DNA of 43,233 nucleotides from an uncultured Nitrososphaeraceae archaeon (GTDB lineage Archaea; Thermoproteota; Nitrososphaeria; Nitrososphaerales; Nitrososphaeraceae): NCBI GenBank assembly GCA_963765895.1, contig CAVXZB010000001.1, positions 1 to 43,233 of the forward strand, read 5' to 3'. Shown piece by piece: positions 24,162 to 32,618 of this stretch (position 1 is its first letter; each line of letters starts with the position of its first letter). The notes under the pieces were generated by a model. It saw only the letters and a program-made list of their open reading frames with translations, ran no database searches and was not told where the DNA came from. The position numbers and the translations under genes were made by a program.

Positions 24162-26992
24162 TTAAGTTTTATTTGTTATAAATTCCATGGATAATGGATC
24201 AGTATCTCCTTGGCAAATAAAAGCCCCCCAGTAAATTGGATCAGGGTTTTTTTCCTTTATACAAAGTTGGGCCTTCCGCAAAGCCTCTCCACGTGGCTCT
24301 CCCAAAATCAATCTTCTATAAAAGTTTATCATCAGCTCATTTGTTTGTTTAGCAGGTATTTTCCAAAGACTCATAATTAATGTCCTTACCCCTGCTAATG
24401 CAAACGTACGTTGTAAACCAAATACTCCTTCTCCATTTATTATATAGCCTAATGCCGTATCACAAGCTGAGAGAACTACCATTTCTGTATTTGATAAATC
24501 CATATCTGTAATATCGTGTGCAAAAAGAACACCATTTCCTGCTCTATCAGGTAAAAGGCAATCTTGCAAATATCCATTTGCACCTGCTAATGCAAGCCCG
24601 GAATTAAATAGCGGATTGTTGATTAATTTCCTATGATACAATTTATTCTGCTCAAGTTCATCACTTTTATTTTCTCCATAAAAGTCTAAATCAACAAAAA
24701 AACCATGAGTTGCTAGATGCAGTATATAAGGTGAATTATATTTCATAATGTCATTCTTTAATACACAATTACCTAATACTGGTTCTACCCTTAACATAGT
24801 AGCAATATCTTTTGCCCCTTCTTCTATTCCCTGTAATGGCCGAAAATATATGTTGTCGGGATCAATTTTTTTGGGCTTTTTTCGTCTATTAAATTGAAAT
24901 CGGGATTGGATGCAATAACAGGATTATTGAGAATAGTTGCGGGTTTTATATTTTGATGTAATAAATCACGAGAAGTATTGAGATAACTTATATAATAATC
25001 ATCAATCAATCTTTCATCATTTTTCTCAGTAGTAGGTAAGACTTCAAAAAGGGCAGCATCCTAATGTTACCATCTGGTGAAATTAACAGTCGTTTACTAG
25101 AACAAATGAGATTTAATAGCGGTTCAAATAATAAAGATCTTAATTCATAGCCTTCTTTTGTAATTAGGCTATTTCTTTCACTAATTGCCTTTTCAATGTC
25201 TTCTCCTTCATATCGAAGATCAGTTATTGATTTTATAAATGCAGATACGTGTTTATCTATAACATCTGCTTCAAATTGAAGCACCTGTACGTCTTCTGGT
25301 TTTCCTGCCTTTATGATAAATGCCAAATAACGATAAGTAGTAAATTTAGGATAACCATGTGAATCCAGAACCTCAAAATTAAATATAGGAGTTTTAAAAA
25401 ATTCAACCAATGTAGATTCTAGTGGCAACATACTTGCTATTTCTTTCATATTGATCTCTTCCATTGTTTTTAGAAAATTAATTTCTGGCATAACCCTTGC
25501 TATCTCTTGTTCCACCATCAAGAGTCTATTCGATAATTCATTGATCTCCTCCTTCTGAGAAGAGGATCCATAATTAGCTGAGGAAGACACTACTATGTCA
25601 CGGATGTGTCTGTTAAGATCATCTCTTTCTCTTAACTTTGCTTGAATAACTGGATCCATTTTGTCATTTACCAGAGTCTTTTTTATTGTTGAAAGAGCTT
25701 CTCCTACCCCTCCCTTTCGTTTCAATACTAAATCAAATGATTTACCAATGAGTAATGATGAATTAGAAAAATGCTGAATGACAAGATTTAAAAATGCATA
25801 TACAAAATTCATCTCTATCCGCATAAAATTCATCATTGTCGAATCAATACCTGTAGCAAATACTTTGGAAAGTATAAAATCATGAATATGTATGCCTTCC
25901 TCCAATAATACAATTGCATCCTCATAACGTTTGATCAAGATATACAGTGATGCCAGAGGAAGGAGAGTTGCTGAATAATCTAGAGGATTTTGTCCTTTTC
26001 GTATGTCTTTAGCCTCTAAAAACTTAGATTCAGACAAGTCATATTTTCCTAATTTATAGTAAATTATACCTAAGTTATTCAAAATAAATGCACGTCCCTC
26101 AGTTTTCCCGCCTTTTATGATTTCTAAAGACTTAAGATAATATTGTTCAGCTAAGTCATAGTTTCGTCTCATGCTATACAATTGACCTAAACCATTAAGA
26201 CTTTGTGCATACTCTACACTCTTATCTCCGAAATTAGTAAGCCTCATATCCATTGATTCTTTATAAAGAGGCTCTGCAGCATCATAATCTCCTAAATCAC
26301 AATATAGATTCGCCAGAGAATTTTTTATTTTAGACATAAAGGTGGGATCAAAATTTGCATTACGACTAATTTCTATTATTTCTTTATAACAATTTACAGC
26401 CAGCCACCACTCTCCAATATTCTTATACAATTCGCCTATTTTGAGCAGAACATCTGCATACCTCCGATCTGTGTTGCCTAGATTACTAAACATAATATCC
26501 TTTAATTTATTATAACAATAAATCGCTTTTACAAAGTCTGATCTTTTCTCATGAATGTCTCCTAGATGGTTTAGGGCCTGATCATAAAAGGAGAACTTTT
26601 CTCCTAATTTACTGCCACGAATCTTGAGTGCATCCATCAGGTATTGTTCAGCTTTTTCATAGTCTTCAGTCACATTGTATAGCATGGATAACTTTTCAAG
26701 AGTTGAAATATACTTCTCGTTGTTAGTTTCTAAGATTTTTTTGTATCTCTTTTATTTTTATTGTTTCCTCTAAAGCTTTATAATAGTCTTTTTTTGCTTC
26801 ATAAACGTCTACCAAGAGTAATGAATAATCGACATAAGGCTCACTGTATTCGCCATCATCGTTGCGAATAATATCTAACATATGAATTGCATATTCAAGT
26901 GCTACATCAAATTTGCCGTCTTTAAAATACTTTTCAAAAAATGACCAGCAATATTTTATGAACTCTTTTGAAGATTCTAACAAATCTATCAC
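24162..26992 (-). CDS. TPR-CHAT (caspase HetF-associated) protease; 3 frameshifts in homopolymers
   Basis: TPR_12-like repeats (YAQSLNGLGQLY), VLKRKG, LVEFF, LLISPDG...LPFEVL, NPDFN, ILHLATHGFF (His), SGLALAGAN, VVLSACDT (Cys), LIMSLWKI, PIYWGAFICQGD. The four ORF pieces join at A/T runs near 26740, 25048 and 24868. Confidence 0.9.
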
Positions 26993-27052
26993 CCTACTGA
27001 AAAGATAAAGTATTAAAAGTTAGCTGAAGTCACACTCTTTATTTATGTTAAA

Positions 27053-27098
27053 ATCTGATTATTTTTTGATTTCATATCTGATTATTTTTTGATTTCAT
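27053..27098. repeat. Perfect 23-bp tandem duplication
   Basis: atctgattattttttgatttcat x2, about 60 bp upstream of the CHAT gene start. Confidence 0.95.
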
Positions 27099-27250
27099 AA
27101 GTGCGATAAGATTTCGCCTTCTTTAGGAGACTTGATTTGTACTATTGAAAATTATGTGTTTGGTGTCCAGGTAACAAGGAATAAGTCTCAAGACTTAAAC
27201 GTAAATACTATTTACCAATTCAAACGATATTCTCGATTCGGCTTAGTATT

Positions 27251-27720
27251 TTTCAAATATTCAATTTTAGTAGTCTATAGTTTTGTATAATAAGCGTGAA
27301 TAAATTGTCTGATCTCTAAATTAGTCCATTTATGCATAAAGCTATCTATAATTGACCGAGGATAAGGTAGGAGTCATTCCTGACTCCAATACAGGAGATA
27401 TAAAAATATGGATTTCCACCTACGCATATTCCTGGTGAAGACATGATACAAGTTAAATCAACTTGACCGATTATCTTATTCCCTTGACTTTATACCTAGT
27501 ATTCTTGTTGAGGCCCTCGAGACGAGTAACTTCCATCACGGTCCGTCCTCTTCCATTGTTTCCATACTCTAATTTATGATAATCATTACATGTATTCACT
27601 AGATGCCCAATTTTATAGGATTGGGAACAGGTTTGGATCGCATATTGCTTGCTCTATATAATATATTTAGTCTTAACGTTCACCAAAAACGCGATTTCAC
27701 TATATACTATCATATAACAA
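27251..27720 (+). repeat. Dispersed repeat copy D (right half); begins with the right 75-bp direct repeat
   Basis: 27251-27325 is identical to 15112-15186. It continues ggagtcattcctgactccaata...tattcttgttgag...aaaaacgcgatttcactatatactat, homologous to 38591-38990. Confidence 0.9.
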
Positions 27721-27788
27721 TCATATCTACATTGCGTACTACCAAGACAGCGTGAACTTTATAAACTGGTTCCATTTATTGTCACAAA

Positions 27789-28613
27789 ATGTCATTCATG
27801 TCCAATCCACGAAATTTAATTGTAGGTCTTCTATTACCCATGGTCATCATTTTGGTACTTGCTATCATTTCTGCTATGATACCAGCGGCAGCATCTTTGC
27901 TTAGCTTCCATCTTATCTCTGATGCTCAAGCAGCTTGCCCTAATCCTCCATGCATAGCTCCAAAAGGAACAACCCTGATGCTATATCCTATTGGTGGTAC
28001 ACTAAATACCAAGGTAGCAATGTGTAGTAATACAGAAGTAACAGGAAAGCTTACCTATAGTAGTACTGGCAGGGCAGTAGGCGGGGAGACTATAACATTT
28101 AGTTCTGATAATGGTGGAGGTGTTCCACCACCTAGAGTTACTAACACAGACGGTACATATTGGGCATTATTTAAAACACCATGTAGCATTGGTTCTGGAT
28201 GGCGTATTCAAGCACACTATGCAGGCGACCCGGACTCCAAAATACTAGGATCAAATTCTGCAATCCAAACGTACACTACTGTAAAGAAATATACCTTACT
28301 TTCAATGGCACTGACAAGCAATGGTGTGAGTACACTGAACATTCCACCTGGTACTACTATTACATTATCAGGTAAATTAATTGATACTTCAGCTAACAGC
28401 GTAGGAGTAGGTTCAAAGACTATAACATTTACATCTTCAAATGGTCCTTATCCGGCTTCAGTAACCACAGCTTCTGATGGTACCTATAAGGCAACGTTTA
28501 CAGCTTCAATCACTATATTTAGTGGATGGAATATTCGAGCATACTTTAATGGAGATAGTCTATATGATACAGCTGCGTCTCCTATTGTATATTATAATAC
28601 AGTAAAACCGTAA
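27789..28613 (+). CDS. Secreted protein with two Ig-like beta-sandwich repeats
   Basis: Signal/TM segment and duplicated motif GKL......vG.kTITF.S.NG......VT...DGTY.A.F.......GW.I.A.y.GD. Confidence 0.7.
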   Translation: MSFMSNPRNLIVGLLLPMVIILVLAIISAMIPAAASLLSFHLISDAQAACPNPPCIAPKGTTLMLYPIGGTLNTKVAMCSNTEVTGKLTYSSTGRAVGGETITFSSDNGGGVPPPRVTNTDGTYWALFKTPCSIGSGWRIQAHYAGDPDSKILGSNSAIQTYTTVKKYTLLSMALTSNGVSTLNIPPGTTITLSGKLIDTSANSVGVGSKTITFTSSNGPYPASVTTASDGTYKATFTASITIFSGWNIRAYFNGDSLYDTAASPIVYYNTVKP

Positions 28614-29328
28614 AACCGTAAAACAAATCGCATAACCATAACTTACACTCACTATTTCATTTGAGGCGACTATCTCCGATGTAATCAAAATTAGGACTTT
28701 ACTCCTCAGGGTAAGCAAGTCTTCTCTAAAATAGATTGGTTATTTAGTACTGATTACTTATCATAAGTTGTAAGTAAAATTGTCTAATTTAGTATCGTAA
28801 AGTCTTCTTAAAATAATGTGAGAAATCTGTGGCCAGTGCGCGATACGGATATGCATGAATTACTCAAAATATGATGTGTACTGTTTTCAAGGATAAGACT
28901 GGAACTTATAGCCCTATTAAAGAAAAAATGCTATTGAGCATATTAAAAGAAAACACAAGAGTATTGCTATTAGACAATACATGCAGTCAATATAATACGA
29001 TTCAAAGGAGGGATTTACGTTTTGGATTATCATGATCCTAGTTGAGATAAAAAATACTTTAACACTCGGATCGAAATGAACAAATCTTTTAGTATGCGAT
29101 AATAGAATGCACAACTTAATTGCTGCAAGATGATGACTAATTACTTCAGACGGCAGAATACAGTGCAGTGAATAGAGCCGTTTTCAACCATAAAATAATA
29201 GATATCATCGAGTTTGAATTATCTGTTCTGAAGAGGACAAACAGTAATACAGACATTATAAATGCTTAATGCACTAATAATGTCTTCTGAAACATGGCCG
29301 ATAAGAATCTATCTGGCTACTTTCGCAC

Positions 29329-29940
29329 TTAACAGCCCCCTATCGCTACGCCAAATGTATTTATCATATTCATTGCTGTTTGTAGATATGTATTGAAGAT
29401 TGAAGGCGGTGAGGCATATGACAATATAAAATAGTAATTAAGCGGGTAGTTTCCATCCGTAAGGATTTGCAACATCTCAATCTGTCCATTGGGGGTTGTA
29501 TACGTAAACAACATTCCGTATGCTAGGACGTGATTACCAATGTACATGGGGCCTGAATTTAAGAGCTGAAAATTGTTAAGATGTTGTTTCTGATATTGTA
29601 ACACGTTACCAGCAAGTTGATCAGCAGGAGGAGCAGAGATAAAACTTGGACTAGTGAATACTGTCTTTACATAAACCGCCGCATTTGCATTAGGTGCACT
29701 AAATTGTATAAAACTTGGATTAGATGCACTTTCACCTAAATTCCAATCATACGGATACCTCATACTTATTAGGTTATTAGCGTTACAATACGCTGCCATG
29801 GGGGGTTGGCCCTCTGCATATCTAGGAATTTGGATGATTGAGAAAAATAGTAAAACCCCTACTACTAGAATGGATGACAATAACTGACAATGAGAATGTA
29901 CACTAACGTACTTTAGCCAAAACCCAGGCTTGTTTCCCAT
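29329..29940 (-). CDS. Secreted PsbP-like protein
   Basis: TM/signal, ISMRYPYDW, YFILSYASPPSIFNTYLQTAMNMINTF. Confidence 0.7.
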   Translation of the reverse strand: MGNKPGFWLKYVSVHSHCQLLSSILVVGVLLFFSIIQIPRYAEGQPPMAAYCNANNLISMRYPYDWNLGESASNPSFIQFSAPNANAAVYVKTVFTSPSFISAPPADQLAGNVLQYQKQHLNNFQLLNSGPMYIGNHVLAYGMLFTYTTPNGQIEMLQILTDGNYPLNYYFILSYASPPSIFNTYLQTAMNMINTFGVAIGGC

Positions 29941-30090
29941 CTTAAGCTATTTCAGAAAACAAATATAAAAGTTTTTTATCCTTTTGTCATCATATCAGCA
30001 GCAACATCAGTATCCAGCAACGATACTGCGTCTAGGACTCATTTCTATGAGCAGAAAAATTTTTATCACAGTAGAATCCAAAATTAAACA

Positions 30091-30633
30091 ATGAGAATGA
30101 GTATACTATCTATTGAATTACTCTTCTTCAATTCACTGATTATAGTAGTAATGATATCAGCTAACACTTGTTTATCTAACGGATACCAAATACAAAATAC
30201 TTCAAATATATCCAAACAAATTCATAATAATCAATCAATTCCAATAAATTCCACAAATAGTAAGATAGTTGACAAAAGAGCTATTGCGCTTAATCAAAGT
30301 AAACAAAGTGAGAAAAGAATGTCCTCCGACGAGTTAGGTACCCCAATAAATGGGATACCCACTAATATCCAAAGATATATAATTCAACTTAGCAACTCAT
30401 CTCCAAGTGAAATTTCAAGTTTCCCCATTAATGATCTTTCCACAGAAAATACTGTGAGTATATTGAAGGGACTATCTGTAAAAAATCTATTTAAAGTACT
30501 AAATAGTATTTCAGTAGACGATCTTTCCACATTACTACATAGACTTAACCCAGATCTCACAAATTTGATTCTCAATAAACTTTCTACGAATGAGAAAAGT
30601 GACATTCAAAATCGGATCAAATCTCAGCAGTGA
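30091..30633 (+). CDS. Secreted hypothetical protein with helical repeats (MgtE-N-like periodicity)
   Basis: Signal peptide and 12-residue repeats such as ILKGLSVKNLFK/VLNSISVDDLST/LLHRLNPDLTNL/ILNKLSTNEKSD. Confidence 0.55.
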   Translation: MRMSILSIELLFFNSLIIVVMISANTCLSNGYQIQNTSNISKQIHNNQSIPINSTNSKIVDKRAIALNQSKQSEKRMSSDELGTPINGIPTNIQRYIIQLSNSSPSEISSFPINDLSTENTVSILKGLSVKNLFKVLNSISVDDLSTLLHRLNPDLTNLILNKLSTNEKSDIQNRIKSQQ

Positions 30634-30711
30634 ATTAATAAGATATTCACCATATAGTTATGAATATAAGCGGGACAATACATCTACTTCTCTACCGCAG
30701 CTACACATCTC

Positions 30712-31977
30712 TTAGTCTTTGTCTTTTTTTATCTTATTTTTTAATTCTTTATATACCCAAGGAGATAATCCAGCCAGAACGCCATAGAAGAACTGTAATG
30801 GGTTACCAACTTTACTCCAAAGCTCACTAATTTTATCTGGTAGTGTCAAAGGATCTGATACGGTTACAAGCATTGATGAGATACCTATAACATTCTGACT
30901 TTTTTCCTCAGATTGTTGGGGGATCCCTGAATTGGAATTGCCTGAGCTCGCCGATGAGGGGATAAATTCCTTGATTTGATTTTCAGGCGGAAATGTGGAA
31001 TTTGCAAATATGAATATAGTATATGTTCTACTGGGTGTGTCTTCCTTAGATGATATTCTCATAGGTATTGATGCTACGCCATATGAAGGTATCCTTATTT
31101 TATCGAATTTTAGAGCCGATGTTATATCTCCTGACTTGTTGTTTGAAGTAGAAAGATATACGGTAGGCTCAAAACCATTTGTGGAATTAATCCTCAATGT
31201 AATATCCTTTGACTCTCCTGGTCTTATAGTTAAAGAGGTTGGTATTGTACTAATACTCAGTTTTAGTGGAGGTACTGCTACAGTTTTTGTAAAATCTGTT
31301 AGGAAACCATTTTGATCTTTCTTTTTAACTTCAGCATAAAATGTTATCTTGTATTTGTTTGGATAATTAAGATAACTTAGATTTAAAGGCAATACAACGT
31401 ACGCTTTTTGTTGTTCATAAAAACCAGTAAATGTATGTTCATCGATAAGTGTACGTTGCACACCAGTAGGAGAAAGTTCCCATAAATTTTTATCCCATCT
31501 TTTGGTATTGTTATTCCAGCCTATTTGAAATAGATAGTCAATTCCACCATATCCCGTGCTTTTATCAAAGTCACTATCAATTAGCATACCATAATTTACC
31601 TGCTCATACATTATCGGTTTATTTATAAATGGAAAATATGTCCAGAGTGTTGCATTCAAAATCTTACCATCGCTAAAATAACTTACAGCCTCTATATCTG
31701 TTACACCCATAACAAAAGGTGCAAAAGCCCCTTTAGGTATGGCAGCCTTCTTAGTATCCATACTGATCCAATCATTTTGCCCATCACTGATTTGTTGTAA
31801 CGAAAAAGCAGGGGATATAGCAAAACATTGTGAAACGGCTATAGATATAAAAAATACAAACGTAACTATAAAAAATAGAATCAAAGGTATGGATAAATGA
31901 TAATGTGAGTTCGATAGCTCGCTAGCCGAGTACATTATATATCGTAGATAATATTTCCGCCTCATGTTTTTCCTCAT
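30712..31977 (-). CDS. Membrane-anchored surface protein
   Basis: N-terminal TM, beta-rich body, Ig-like PTSLTIRPGESKDITL segment, C-terminal hydrophobic anchor and basic tail. Confidence 0.7.
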   Translation of the reverse strand: MRKNMRRKYYLRYIMYSASELSNSHYHLSIPLILFFIVTFVFFISIAVSQCFAISPAFSLQQISDGQNDWISMDTKKAAIPKGAFAPFVMGVTDIEAVSYFSDGKILNATLWTYFPFINKPIMYEQVNYGMLIDSDFDKSTGYGGIDYLFQIGWNNNTKRWDKNLWELSPTGVQRTLIDEHTFTGFYEQQKAYVVLPLNLSYLNYPNKYKITFYAEVKKKDQNGFLTDFTKTVAVPPLKLSISTIPTSLTIRPGESKDITLRINSTNGFEPTVYLSTSNNKSGDITSALKFDKIRIPSYGVASIPMRISSKEDTPSRTYTIFIFANSTFPPENQIKEFIPSSASSGNSNSGIPQQSEEKSQNVIGISSMLVTVSDPLTLPDKISELWSKVGNPLQFFYGVLAGLSPWVYKELKNKIKKDKD

Positions 31978-32015
31978 ATGATTTCTTTCATTGTATTGTA
32001 CGTTCCTTGGGTCAA

Positions 32016-32618
32016 CTATTTCGTGTAGATCGTTGATGATGATGTGTGTCCTTTGACTGCAAATGAATTAATTACCTTTTGAAAGATTGGTAAGTAGGCG
32101 TAATAATTTGAGGGTTTTGCAACATATTCAAAGGTGAACAAATGATTATCAAATATAGTGCTTAGTGTTCTTTCTTGCATAGGACTCTTGTAGACAGGAT
32201 TAAAGTATTTGTATTCTACACTATATGTGGGGCGATTTTTGAACATAATTTCACTATGATTTAATACTCTAAAGTTTAATAAAAATGACTTTAACGAAGA
32301 TATTTTGCTGTTTATATTCGAAATAATACCTGTGATATCAAATGTTCTTAGACCAGAGGAACTTAATATTATAGGGGGATTCTTCATTTGTTGTGTCTCA
32401 TTCTTTTGAAATGCAGTTATTATCAAATTGACTGAATCACTTGCTTGAGCAGACCTGGATGCATTGGAGTTTAGCGTAAATACCTGGCCTCTGAGGTTAG
32501 GATTAACAGTTTTTAAAGAAATAGGTCCACCTACGCCTGGATAGAATGGGTAGCTTATATTGTATCTATATATAGGATCAGTATAATTTGCATAGCTAAT
32601 AGTACTAGGTACTAGCAA
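32016..32618 (-). CDS. PsbP-like domain; probably the original C-terminus of the clostripain gene
   Basis: YANYTDPIYRYNISYP...YAYLPIFQKVINSF. Removing the 7-bp duplication at 32602-32615 puts it in frame with 32605..35277. Confidence 0.7.
   Translation of the reverse strand: MLVPSTISYANYTDPIYRYNISYPFYPGVGGPISLKTVNPNLRGQVFTLNSNASRSAQASDSVNLIITAFQKNETQQMKNPPIILSSSGLRTFDITGIISNINSKISSLKSFLLNFRVLNHSEIMFKNRPTYSVEYKYFNPVYKSPMQERTLSTIFDNHLFTFEYVAKPSNYYAYLPIFQKVINSFAVKGHTSSSTIYTK

Larger units (their letters stand above)
15112..27325. mobile_element. Integrated 12.1-kb cassette bounded by perfect 75-bp direct repeats (putative att-like ends), no integrase inside
   Basis: Exact 75-bp duplication. 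The sequence left of the first copy and right of the second join into one intact repeat-family unit. Confidence 0.7.

Noticed and set aside
15112-27325. Cassette as a composite IS5 transposon
   Set aside because: The only IS copy is internal with its own 3-bp duplication. The cassette ends are 75-bp direct repeats unrelated to the IS TIRs.
28602-28624. gtaaaacc x3 at the gene stop
   Set aside because: Short slippage repeat with no evident function.
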